Shown here: in pieces, positions 27,554 through 36,386 of the stretch
Position numbering within the stretch: the stretch's first letter is position 1
Layout of the letters: the number at the start of each line of letters is the position of its first letter
DNA from: Minicystis rosea
GTDB taxonomy: Bacteria; Myxococcota_A; Polyangia; Polyangiales; Polyangiaceae
NCBI GenBank assembly: GCA_001931535.1
Contig: CP016211.1
Location: 4,311,573-4,375,572 of the forward strand
Reading direction: 5' to 3'
Length of the DNA: 64,000 nt
Notes under the pieces: generated by a model
Databases searched by the model: none
What the model saw: the letters and a program-made list of their open reading frames with translations, nothing else
What the model was told of the DNA's origin: nothing
Program-made: the position numbers and the translations under genes

Positions 27554-28470
27554 GCCGGCGCGCGCGCGCGGTCCTCGCGGTGGCGGCGGCGGTCCTCGTG
27601 CCGGCGCGCGCCGCGGCCCAACCGAGCCCGTGCGGGCCCGCGGCCACGGTGCGCGTGGACATCGAGCCGGGCATCGATCCGCCGGGCACGCGCCGCGTGG
27701 TGGAGCAGATCCTCGCCGAGGTCAGCGCCTCGGCGGAGAGCGACTGCGAGGCGCGCAGCAAGACGCAGATCGAGGTGCACTGGGTCTCGAACGATCGCGT
27801 GCGCCTCACGGTCACCGTCCAGCATCGCAACGCCACCGAGCGCGCCGAGCGCGATCTCGACGTCGCCGCCGTCAGCGCCGATGGGCGATCGCTCGCCATC
27901 GCCATCGCCGCCGACGAGCTGCTCACCGAAGCCCGCGCGCGCCTCAGGCTCGCGGAGGCCACGCCCGAGGCCCCCGCCCCCGTCGCCTCGGCCCCGAAGC
28001 GCGCGCCCCGCGCCGCGCGCCGCGCCGGCATCGCGCGCGCCTTCGGCCCTGCGCTCGCGATCGACGTCCTCGGCAAGGACGTGCTCCTCGGCCCCGACGC
28101 GCGCGCAGCCTTCTGGCTCACGCCCCACGTGTCGCTCACCGCGCGGCTCGGCCTCCGCGTCGCCGCGACCACGTCGCCGTCCGATCCGTGGGCCGCGATC
28201 ATCGGCGGCGCGCGCGTGCAGCTCTCGCCCATCGCGTGGGACATCCGCCGCGGCGTGGCCTTCACCGTCGGCGCCGACGTGCTCGCGCTGCGCCCGCGCG
28301 AGACGCCGGCCCTCACCGCGCGCGCCCTCCCCTCCGCGGGCCTCGCGGGATGGTTGCGTGTCGGCCCGCGGATCGTGCTCACCGGTGACCTCGGTGCCGG
28401 CGCCGTGCTCGGCGGTGGTCAGCGGAGCTTCGCGCTCACCGGCGGCGTCGGCTTCGCCGTGCCGTTTTGA
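27538..28470 (+). CDS. secreted protein, possible outer-membrane beta-barrel (C-terminal Phe)
   Basis: Signal peptide (AVLAVAAAVLVPARAAAQ). C-terminal half shows alternating hydrophobic strands and ends ...GGVGFAVPF. It overlaps the anti-sigma gene 3' end. Confidence 0.5.
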   Translation: MPGPLSRRARAVLAVAAAVLVPARAAAQPSPCGPAATVRVDIEPGIDPPGTRRVVEQILAEVSASAESDCEARSKTQIEVHWVSNDRVRLTVTVQHRNATERAERDLDVAAVSADGRSLAIAIAADELLTEARARLRLAEATPEAPAPVASAPKRAPRAARRAGIARAFGPALAIDVLGKDVLLGPDARAAFWLTPHVSLTARLGLRVAATTSPSDPWAAIIGGARVQLSPIAWDIRRGVAFTVGADVLALRPRETPALTARALPSAGLAGWLRVGPRIVLTGDLGAGAVLGGGQRSFALTGGVGFAVPF

Positions 28471-28505
28471 AACGACATCGGCGACGACCACCGGTGCGGC
28501 GCGCG

Positions 28506-28844
28506 CTAATGCTTCTCGCGCGCGAAGATCCGGTTCGCCTCCGGCTCGTCGACGCACGCCATGGTGTTGTCGCTCTTCACGTTGCAGCGCTTGATGCGAG
28601 AGTCTCCCAACGTGCAGCCGCGCCCGAGCCCGGCGATGCCCGAGGAGCAGGAGCCCTCCCAGTACGTGAGGTAGAACGTGCGCCCGTCATCCGCCGCGGC
28701 CTGAGCCGCGCCGGCGGCCGGTGCTCCGCCCGGATGCGTCTCGATCCAGCGCGCCGCGGTCATGTGACGGACGGTGTTGGAGCAGCCCGTCGTGGCGAGG
28801 GAGAGCACGCTGAAGGCGAGCGCGTACAGAGTACCGTTCTTCAT
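28506..28844 (-). CDS. small Cys-containing lipoprotein (112 aa), member A of a tandem paralog array
   Basis: ATG at 28844 with GGAGG 8 nt upstream. Lipobox LATTGC. C-terminal K/R-C motif (IKRCNVKSDNTMACVDE). Local GC is lower than the surrounding genes. Confidence 0.7.
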   Translation of the reverse strand: MKNGTLYALAFSVLSLATTGCSNTVRHMTAARWIETHPGGAPAAGAAQAAADDGRTFYLTYWEGSCSSGIAGLGRGCTLGDSRIKRCNVKSDNTMACVDEPEANRIFAREKH

Positions 28845-28858
28845 CGGTCGAAACCTCC

Positions 28859-29130
28859 TCAGTAGACGGTGCCGGGGACGACGTTCTGGAGGACCGTGGT
28901 GTCCTTGCACTTCGATTCGTTGTTCTTCGGATCGATGTCGCAGATGCGCACGTAGACGTTGAAGAGCCTCTGCTTCGTGCTCGGATCCACCTGTCCGCCG
29001 TCGAGGATCAGCGTCTTCGCCACCTTGTCGTCGCCGCTGAAGCCGTTCGCGACCATGACCTTGGACGGCGCGGCGCACGCCGGGAGCGAGAGCGCGGCGA
29101 GCACCGCGAGAAACCGCATGTTCGAGCTCA
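28859..29130 (-). CDS. small Cys-containing lipoprotein (90 aa), member B
   Basis: ATG at 29130 with AAAGGAG upstream. Lipobox LSLPAC. Contains ...VRICDIDPKNNESKCKD. Sits 14 bp upstream of member A. Confidence 0.7.
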
Positions 29131-29145
29131 TCGATGTCGCTCCTT

Positions 29146-29445
29146 TCAGCGGACGTTGCTCGCCCGCCCGTTCTGGGTGGCGATCTCGTTCGGGCATCTG
29201 ACGTCGAGGTTGCCGCCGCAGGCGCGCTTGCAGAGCAGCTTGTCGCCCGTGTCGGTGCACGAGAAGAACTTGTGCTCGCGCTCGCCCCAGAAGAAGTACG
29301 ACCGCGACTCGAAGACCTCGAGGGTCGTGAGCGCATGCTTCGGGTGATCGTCGAACGCGACGATGGTGCGCGAGACGCAGCCCGTGCTCGCCGTCCCGAG
29401 CACGGCGACGACGGCGGCGCCGAGGATGTGGTTCCACGTGTTCAT
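29146..29445 (-). CDS. small Cys-containing lipoprotein (99 aa), member C
   Basis: ATG at 29445 with GAAGGAG upstream. Lipobox TASTGC. Contains ...FSCTDTGDKLLCKRACGGNLDVRCPNE. Confidence 0.7.
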   Translation of the reverse strand: MNTWNHILGAAVVAVLGTASTGCVSRTIVAFDDHPKHALTTLEVFESRSYFFWGEREHKFFSCTDTGDKLLCKRACGGNLDVRCPNEIATQNGRASNVR

Positions 29446-29458
29446 GGTGCGCGCTCCT

Positions 29459-29689
29459 TCAATCCTCGAGGGAAACGGCCATCTCGCGACACTGCGTGAG
29501 CGCGCCGCCCGGCCCCACGGCGCATTTGACGATCCCCTGCGAGGGGCCTTGGACGTAGAGGAACTTGATCTGATCGTGGCTGTTCGTGATCGCGGTGACG
29601 AACTTGGCCGGCGGCGCGCAGCCACCGGCCAGAAGGCCGATCCCTGCGATGGTCACGGCCACCGCGGTCCTTGCGAGCAATCGTTGCAT
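29459..29689 (-). CDS. small Cys-containing lipoprotein (76 aa), member D
   Basis: ATG at 29689 with GGAGAAGGAGG upstream. Lipobox LLAGGC. Contains ...GIVKCAVGPGGALTQCREM. Confidence 0.7.
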   Translation of the reverse strand: MQRLLARTAVAVTIAGIGLLAGGCAPPAKFVTAITNSHDQIKFLYVQGPSQGIVKCAVGPGGALTQCREMAVSLED

Positions 29690-29797
29690 GGCGATTCGTG
29701 CGCCTCCTTCTCCCCACCGCCGAAGCTTGGGAAGGAGGCCCAACTGCAAGCGCGAGACCAGGCGAAGACCGGCGACGACACGCGCGCGGCGCGGCCT

Positions 29798-29918
29798 GCG
29801 TCAGCGATTTCTGACGCCGAAGCGAGCGCGTTCCTCGACGCACCGGCCTCCAACGCTCTCGCCGCGCGCGGGCAGAACTTTCTGACGCCCACGAGCCCCA
29901 GTCAGATAGTTCTGACCG
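29798..29918. promoter_or_regulatory. three palindromic operator-like sites (consensus about CAGTCAG-N6-CTGACGC) in the divergent promoter region
   Basis: gcgtcag-cgattt-ctgacgc (29798-29817, perfect 7-bp inverted repeat); cgggcag-aactttc-tgacgcc (about 29869-29889); cagtcag-atagtt-ctgaccg (29899-29918). Confidence 0.4.
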
Positions 29919-30021
29919 GCGCCTCCTCGGCTCCCCTGCGTCTTCCGGCATTCGCGCGCGAACACCGCATGCGCCCCCGCGGCACGTCGCTTGCGGAAAG
30001 GCGACGCGGGAGGTTCATGAA

Positions 30022-30654
30022 ATGATGCTTCGTCGTGCCGGTGTCGCAGTGATCTTCGGGATGATGGCCGTTCAGGGGGCGACCGCCTGCAAGGGGGATG
30101 GGTCGGACGGTGGTGGTGGCAGCGGTGGAACGGCCAACGCTCCGGTCGTGCTCCCGCCGAGCAACGGCCAGAGCTGCCAGACGGGGAGCGGCACCTGCGA
30201 CGACCAGGCGGCCATCGATGCTTACAGCACGTGCATCGTCGACACGTGCGACGCCGAGTACAAGCAGTGCTTCGGGGAAAACTACGCGAGCGGCACCTTC
30301 GGCGGCGCCTGCAAGGAGCTGATGGATTGCTCGAGCAAGTGCGAGAGCTGCGATCAGACCTGTCTGCAAGCGTGCTCGAACCAGCACTTCACGGGCGCGT
30401 GCAAGGAGTGCATCACCGGCCCGATCGCGAGCTGCGCGGTGAGCGCCATCTCGAGCGGCACGTGCAAGCTCCCCTGCGTGTCGGTAGGCGGCGGCTCGGG
30501 CGGCGCGTGCGACGATCTGGAGACGTGCTGCAACAGCCTCGATGCCGACGACAAGACGACGTGCCTGTCGCAGTACACGCAGGTGAAGCTCGGCGGCGAC
30601 TTCGCGTGCAGCGCGGCGCTCGGCACCTACAAGAGCGGCGGCCTCTGCCAGTAG
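30022..30654 (+). CDS. Cys-rich secreted lipoprotein (210 aa, more than 25 Cys)
   Basis: GGGAGG RBS. Signal peptide with lipobox (VQGATAC). Gly/Ser linker, then Cys-rich modules (CDAEYKQCFGENY..., CKELMDCSSKCESCDQTCLQACS...). Confidence 0.7.
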   Translation: MMLRRAGVAVIFGMMAVQGATACKGDGSDGGGGSGGTANAPVVLPPSNGQSCQTGSGTCDDQAAIDAYSTCIVDTCDAEYKQCFGENYASGTFGGACKELMDCSSKCESCDQTCLQACSNQHFTGACKECITGPIASCAVSAISSGTCKLPCVSVGGGSGGACDDLETCCNSLDADDKTTCLSQYTQVKLGGDFACSAALGTYKSGGLCQ

Positions 30655-30896
30655 CAACAGCGATGCGAAGGGTGACGGCGCCCTCGATGCGCGCCGTCGC
30701 TCCGCGGTGGATGGGCTCCGATACGTGACGTCATGACGGGGCCGCCCACAGCCTCGGGCTTCGGACGACGCGGCCCCGATCGATCCCCGCGAACACCGCA
30801 AAGAGTGCGCGAAGAGGCCGCGACACGGGTCAGGAAGATCCTGCACCGGCGAGCGGCGTTCGGAAGAAACTGACCCGCGCCGCCTCATTCGATACG

Positions 30897-33800
30897 GTGC
30901 ACGATCGCGTGCCCTGCATCCTCCGTCGTTCTGGAACGGCGCTCGTCCTCGCGTCGATCGTGCTCTCGGGCTGTGCGCCGGAGCCCCATCGGGTCGCTGC
31001 GGGCGCGGGGCCCGAGCTGCGTTGGTACCGCGCGCTGGCCATCGACGCGGCCGGCGGTGACGTGCCGGCGATGCTCGGCGATCCCGGCGGAGGCTTATGG
31101 GCTGCGGTGCCCGGCCTGCCCGATCCCAAAGGGCGGAGCCGCCTCTTCTATCGGCCTCCGGGCGGCACGTTTCGCACGCTCTACGAGGGGCCGTTCGCGA
31201 CCGAGCTCAGCCTCTCGTCGCTGCACGCCGGCGAGGTTTACTTCGGCCACAACCGCCCGCTCGATGCGTTCCGACCGACCTGGCTCCGCGTCTCGGAGAC
31301 GGGCGTGACGCCGCTGCCCGCGCCCGCGGAGCGCCTCGACGAGCTGGAGCTCCTCCAGATGGGCGGGTACGTGGTGCGCGCGCCCGACGACGGCTTCGCC
31401 TGCGGGCAGCACGGGCGCGTGTTCCACTTCGACGGCGCACAGTGGACGCCGGTGGCCGGCGGCCTGCCGTGGGCGCCGGGCGATCCCGCGGGCGTGAGCT
31501 TCTGCGCGGGCATCCACTTCGCGGCGCGCGACGGGCTCATCGTCGACACGCGCGGGCGCGCCGCGAGCTGGGACGGCACGTCGTTCCGGCCGATCCCCGA
31601 CGCGCAGGGCTTCTCGTTCCTCGCATCGGCGAACGGGCTCGCGCGATCGGGCGCGACGCTCGCGCGCTTCGAGGGTGGCGCCTTCGTGCGCCTCGAGGGC
31701 GCGATCCCGGAGAGCGCCCCGCTCATCGGCGACGCCGACGGCAAGTGGGTCGCGTTCCCCGGCGGCGTGGTGGAGATCGGCCCGCGCACGGCGCGCCTCG
31801 TGCCGAGCGCGCTGCCCTTCAGCCCGCGCGCGATCGCGGAGGCCGACGGCGCGCTCTGGGCGCTCGGCGCCGATGGGATCTACCGGGCCACCCGCCGCGA
31901 CGTTCCCACCTTCGTGCCGGCGGGGCCCGAGGCGCCGGCGCCTGGCCTGCTCTACGCGATCGCCGTCGACATCGATCAGGACGGCGACGAGGATCTCCTC
32001 GGCCTGCGCGCGCCGGCCGGCGAGAGCGAGGGCGCGCGCGCTTCGATGTTCGTCGCCGTCAACGACGGCGCCGGTCGGTTCACGGAGGCTTCGCTCGGCC
32101 TGCCGGACGACGTCGCCGTGTGGCGCGATCGCTTCGACGCCGGCGACGTGGACGGCGACGGCGACGTCGACGTGGTGACCGTGTCGAGCAGCGGCCGCGT
32201 GGAGCTGTGGCTCCAAGAGGGCGGCCGCTTCGTGCGCGTGATGAGCCGCGAGGCGCACGGCGCCACCGTCGGCTTCGCCGACGTGGACGGCGACGGCGAC
32301 CTGGATTTGAGCCTGCTCCCGGCCTCGCCCGCCCTCTTGTTGAACGACGGCGCGGGCCATTTCCGCGAGGGCCCGGCGCTTCCCCTCCCGGCCTCGCGGG
32401 TCGAGCGCGCGCTGTGGGCCGACGTCGACGGCGACGGTCGCGTGGACGCGATCCTCCAGCACTGGCGCGACCCGGCGCACCTGCTGCACAACACCGGCCA
32501 CGGCTTCGAGCTCGTGAGCCTCCCCGTCGTCGCCGAGGGCGCGCTGGTGGCCGACCTCGAGCGCGAGGGTCGGCCGACGATCCTCGCGCAGAAGATCCAC
32601 GTGCGCGGTGTGGCCCTGCCCTTCGCGCGCTGCCGCTGCACCGAGAGCGGCTGCGCGTTGGTCGAGGACGCGCCCATTCCGGCCGGGGTGATCGCCGATC
32701 TCAACCTCGATGGCCGGCCCGACATCATCGGCACCGATCTGCGCGGTGACGAGGCCATCGCCGGCGACGGCGAGGTGCACCTCGCCGGCCCGGAGGGCTT
32801 CGAGCGCGTGACCGACGTGGCCGGCGCCCTGCCCCGCCCCACGCCGATCGACGCCGACGGCGACGGCGACGGCGATGTCTACACGCCCGCCCTCGGCCTG
32901 CGCGTCAACACCGGCGCGGCGCCGCGCTTCCTGCGCGTGCGCCCGCGGGCGAGCCGCAGCGATCGGCTCTCGCGCGGCGCGGTGGTGGTCGCGCGCCGCG
33001 CGGGAGACGCCACCATCGTCGCCACCGGCCGCGCCGATCATGGCGTGCTCACCTTGGGCCTGCCCGATGCGACGGCGCGCTACGACGTGGAAGTGCGCTT
33101 CCCCGCAGGCGAGCGGCGCATCGTGACGGGCCTCGCCGCCGGCACGGAGCTGACCGTCCGCGATTGCGATACGCCGCTCTTCTCCGCGCACCTCGCTGCG
33201 CTCTGGCTGCAGGGCACGTGGCAGCGCGCGTCGCTCGTTCGTGACTTGCTCCTCCCCGCGCTGGCCGCCGCGCTCGCGACGGTCGCCTTTCCGCGCCGGG
33301 CCCGCGCGGCGTTGCTCGTGTTCGCGGCCGCGTGGCTCGGGCTGGCCGGCGTCTTCGTGCGCGCCCGCGGCGCCGTCCCCTGGTTGCTCGCGCCCACGGC
33401 GTTCGCGGTCACGGCGACCGCGCACGGCCTCGATGTCGTGCGCATCCGCCGCCGCGCCGGGCGCGTGGCCGGCCCCTACCTGCTCGAAGAACGGCTCGGC
33501 GCCGGCGCCGCCGCGACCGTGTGGCGCGCGCGCGCGGGCCGGCAGGTCGTGGCCCTCAAGCTCTTCGCCGCCGAGGCCATGGGATCGCCCGAGGCCCGCG
33601 AGCGCTTCTTCCGTGAAGCGCGCGTCGGCAGCGAGATTCGTCACCCCAACGTCGTCCGCATCCGCGAGGCCGGCACGCTCGAAGACGGCCGCTGCTTCCT
33701 CGCCATGGATCTCGTCGAGGGCCGTCCGCTCTCCGAGATCCTGCGCGTGGAGGGCCGCCTCGCGCCGGCCACCGTGACTGCCATCGGCGCCGACGTGGCC

Positions 33801-34274
33801 CGCGCGCTCGCGGTGCTGCACGAAGCCGGCATCGTCCATCGCGACGTCAAGCCGGAGAACATCTTGGTGCGCCCCGACGGCGCCGCCGTGCTCACCGATC
33901 TGGGGCTCGCGCGCAGCACTTTGTTCCGCACGCTCACGCGCCACGACGTGGCCGTCGGCACCCTCGCCTACATGAGCCCGGAGCAATGCGTGGGCCGCCC
34001 GCTCGACGGACGCAGCGACATCTGGTCGCTCGGGGTGACGCTCTACGAGGCCCTCACGGGCGCTCGTGCCTTCGATGGCAAGCACGAGCTCGAGCTCGTC
34101 TACCTCATCCACAACGTGGACCCGAAGCGCCCTTCGCAGCTCGTGCCCGATCTCCCCGAGGCGCTCGAAGCGGCCGTCCTCCGTTGTCTCTCGCGCGACC
34201 CCGAAGCGCGCTTCGCCGGCGCGGCCGATCTCTTGGCGGCGCTCGGCGTCCCACGCGAAGCGCGGGCGGCATGA
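30897..34274 (+). CDS. receptor-type Ser/Thr protein kinase: lipoprotein signal + extracellular FG-GAP/integrin-alpha-like repeat domain + TM segments + C-terminal Hanks kinase
   Basis: GTG start (uncertain). Repeated DxDxDGxxD calcium-binding-like motifs (DIDQDGDEDLLG, DVDGDGDVDVVT, DVDGDGDLDLSL, DVDGDGRVDAIL, DLNLDGRPDIIG, DADGDGDGDVYT). Hydrophobic helices around residues 770-830. C-terminal kinase has VHRDVKPENILV, DLGLA, YMSPE. Confidence 0.8.
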   Translation: MHDRVPCILRRSGTALVLASIVLSGCAPEPHRVAAGAGPELRWYRALAIDAAGGDVPAMLGDPGGGLWAAVPGLPDPKGRSRLFYRPPGGTFRTLYEGPFATELSLSSLHAGEVYFGHNRPLDAFRPTWLRVSETGVTPLPAPAERLDELELLQMGGYVVRAPDDGFACGQHGRVFHFDGAQWTPVAGGLPWAPGDPAGVSFCAGIHFAARDGLIVDTRGRAASWDGTSFRPIPDAQGFSFLASANGLARSGATLARFEGGAFVRLEGAIPESAPLIGDADGKWVAFPGGVVEIGPRTARLVPSALPFSPRAIAEADGALWALGADGIYRATRRDVPTFVPAGPEAPAPGLLYAIAVDIDQDGDEDLLGLRAPAGESEGARASMFVAVNDGAGRFTEASLGLPDDVAVWRDRFDAGDVDGDGDVDVVTVSSSGRVELWLQEGGRFVRVMSREAHGATVGFADVDGDGDLDLSLLPASPALLLNDGAGHFREGPALPLPASRVERALWADVDGDGRVDAILQHWRDPAHLLHNTGHGFELVSLPVVAEGALVADLEREGRPTILAQKIHVRGVALPFARCRCTESGCALVEDAPIPAGVIADLNLDGRPDIIGTDLRGDEAIAGDGEVHLAGPEGFERVTDVAGALPRPTPIDADGDGDGDVYTPALGLRVNTGAAPRFLRVRPRASRSDRLSRGAVVVARRAGDATIVATGRADHGVLTLGLPDATARYDVEVRFPAGERRIVTGLAAGTELTVRDCDTPLFSAHLAALWLQGTWQRASLVRDLLLPALAAALATVAFPRRARAALLVFAAAWLGLAGVFVRARGAVPWLLAPTAFAVTATAHGLDVVRIRRRAGRVAGPYLLEERLGAGAAATVWRARAGRQVVALKLFAAEAMGSPEARERFFREARVGSEIRHPNVVRIREAGTLEDGRCFLAMDLVEGRPLSEILRVEGRLAPATVTAIGADVARALAVLHEAGIVHRDVKPENILVRPDGAAVLTDLGLARSTLFRTLTRHDVAVGTLAYMSPEQCVGRPLDGRSDIWSLGVTLYEALTGARAFDGKHELELVYLIHNVDPKRPSQLVPDLPEALEAAVLRCLSRDPEARFAGAADLLAALGVPREARAA

Positions 34275-34394
34275 CGAAGCGCCGTCCCGATCCGATCACC
34301 AACTCCCGGCTGCTCGCGGCCGGAACTTTTCGGTGTGCGCCATCCACGAACCGTGGCGCCGCGACCGATCGCCTGTCCGCACGCAGCGCTCGCC

Positions 34395-36074
34395 ATGACT
34401 GAAGACCTCTTCGCCGTGCTCAAGCAGACGCTCACCTCCGTCACCGCCTTGGAGCGGCTCGCTGCCGCGGGGCCGGCGCCTCCCGAAGCGGTCCGCGCCG
34501 CCGCGCGGGAGCTGTTCCAGCGCCTCATCGCCGCCGAGCACGCCGCCCGCGCCGAGGCGCGTGCTGCAGCGAAGACACCCGCGCCGGCACCTACCGCTCC
34601 CGATGTCGGCGCGCGCCTCCTTCGCTCGGTCGAGGAGGTCGGCGCCGCTGGACAGGCCGAGTCGGTGGCGGTGGCCCTCGGCGAGCTGCTCAAGCTCACC
34701 GGCGCGCAGCGCGGCTTCATCGCCCTCCGCGAGCCCGACGGCGGCCTCTCGTTCCCCGCCGCACGCGCCTTCGGCTCGCTCGACGTGAGCGCGCCCGAAG
34801 CACAGCTCTCGCGCAGCATCCTCTCCGCCGCGCTGGCTTCACCGGATGCCCTCGTCGTCGACGACGCGCTCGCCGACGCGCGCTTCGGCGCGCAGGGCAG
34901 CGTGCAGGCGCTCTCCCTCCGCGCCGTGCTCGTGGTCCCGCTCGCCCCCGCGCGGGGCGCGCCCTTCGGCGTGCTCTACCTCGACAACCCCGCACGCGCC
35001 TCGTCCTTCGACGACGCCGCGAGGCGCGCCGCCGAGTCCTTCGCGCGCGCGGTCGCGCCGCTCCTCGCCCGCGATCTCGAGCTCACCGAGCTGCGCCGCC
35101 AGCGCGACGCCCGCCTCGCCGAGCTGCGCGAGCGCCGCCACCTCGACGCCATCCTCGGCCAGAGCCCGCCGATGGTGGAGCTCCTCGAGCTGTGCGCCAA
35201 GGTGGCCCCGCGCAACGCCACCGTGCTCGTCACCGGCGAGACGGGCACCGGCAAGGAGCTCGTCGCCACCGCGCTGCACGAGGGCTCGCCGCGCGCGAAC
35301 GCGCCGCTCGTGATCGTCAACTGCGGCGCCCTGCCCGCCGAGCTCGTGGAGTCGGAGCTGTTCGGCCACGAGAAGGGCGCGTTCACCGGCGCGCACGTCG
35401 CACGCATGGGCCGCTTCGAGGCCGCCCACCGCGGCACGCTCTTCCTCGATGAGATCGGCGAGCTCCCGCTCGCCGCGCAGGCGAAGCTCCTGCGCGTGCT
35501 GGAGACGGGATCGTTCGAGCGCGTGGGCGCGACGCGACCGCAGAAGTGCGACGTGCGCGTGGTCGCCGCGACCAACCGCGACCTCGACGCCGAGGTCGCC
35601 GCGGGCCGCTTCCGAGGCGATTTGCTCTTCCGGCTCAAGGTCATCGAGATGCGCCTCCCGCCGCTCCGCGCGCGGGGCAACGACGTGGAGATGCTCGCCG
35701 CCGTCTTCGTGAAGAGGCTCGCGCAGGAGCACGGCGCGCGCGTGCGGCGCATCCACCCGGCGGCGCTCGCGTCCCTGCGCGCGTACCCGTGGTCCGGCAA
35801 CGTGCGCGAGCTCCGCAACGTGCTCGAGCGGGCCGTCATCCTCGCACCGGGCGAAGAGATCACCCTGGACCTGCTGCCTCCGGAGATCGGCGGCGCCGCG
35901 CAGAGCCTCCCCGAAGACCAGGGCTTGAAGCACGCGGTGCGCGCCTTCCGGCGGCGCTTCGTGGCGCAGGCCTTCGCCGCGGAGGGCGGTGATCACGCAG
36001 CCGCGGCGCGGCGGCTGGGCGTGAACCCGAAGTACCTCTACCAGCTCCTGAAGGACGTGGACGAGGACGACTGA
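34395..36074 (+). CDS. sigma-54-dependent transcriptional activator with N-terminal GAF domain and C-terminal Fis-type HTH
   Basis: AAA+ sigma-54 interaction domain ([36 protein letters not shown]) and a C-terminal HTH ([19 protein letters not shown]). Start at the ATG at 34395. Confidence 0.85.
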   Translation: MTEDLFAVLKQTLTSVTALERLAAAGPAPPEAVRAAARELFQRLIAAEHAARAEARAAAKTPAPAPTAPDVGARLLRSVEEVGAAGQAESVAVALGELLKLTGAQRGFIALREPDGGLSFPAARAFGSLDVSAPEAQLSRSILSAALASPDALVVDDALADARFGAQGSVQALSLRAVLVVPLAPARGAPFGVLYLDNPARASSFDDAARRAAESFARAVAPLLARDLELTELRRQRDARLAELRERRHLDAILGQSPPMVELLELCAKVAPRNATVLVTGETGTGKELVATALHEGSPRANAPLVIVNCGALPAELVESELFGHEKGAFTGAHVARMGRFEAAHRGTLFLDEIGELPLAAQAKLLRVLETGSFERVGATRPQKCDVRVVAATNRDLDAEVAAGRFRGDLLFRLKVIEMRLPPLRARGNDVEMLAAVFVKRLAQEHGARVRRIHPAALASLRAYPWSGNVRELRNVLERAVILAPGEEITLDLLPPEIGGAAQSLPEDQGLKHAVRAFRRRFVAQAFAAEGGDHAAAARRLGVNPKYLYQLLKDVDEDD

Positions 36075-36174
36075 TCCGAGCCGCGCACCTCGGCGCGATC
36101 CCTTGGGAGCCACGCGCGCTCCCTCGCAACGACATCGGCGGCGTCGATCGCGCACGTTGCATTCTCGCGATGCA

Positions 36175-36189
36175 TGGCTCGCGAGCTGC
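36175..36189 (+). promoter_or_regulatory. candidate sigma-54 (-24/-12) promoter element TGGCTCGCGAGCTGC
   Basis: Matches the TGGC-N8-TGC spacing of the sigma-54 consensus. Lies between the sigma-54 activator gene and the GT2 gene but about 200 bp upstream of its ATG, so weak. Confidence 0.2.
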
Positions 36190-36386
36190 GGCTCGCGCTA
36201 CGCGCTCATCGCTCTCGCGCCGCCGCTTCGTGGTCATCGTCGCGACGCAGATTTTTACGCTATTTGTCGAAGCCTTTTGCCGCGTGTCAGGCCGCGCCCC
36301 ACGCGCGTCATTGCATTTTCGAAACGGCGCCTCTCTTCGTCGCGTTCGTGAGCTGGTCTGGGCTCCTCGGGGTACCCAGGCGAACG

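Noticed and set aside
31095-34112. 1005-aa minus-strand ORF
   Set aside because: Antisense to the receptor kinase gene. Composition is Arg/Ala/Gly-dominated with no motifs, a typical high-GC shadow ORF.
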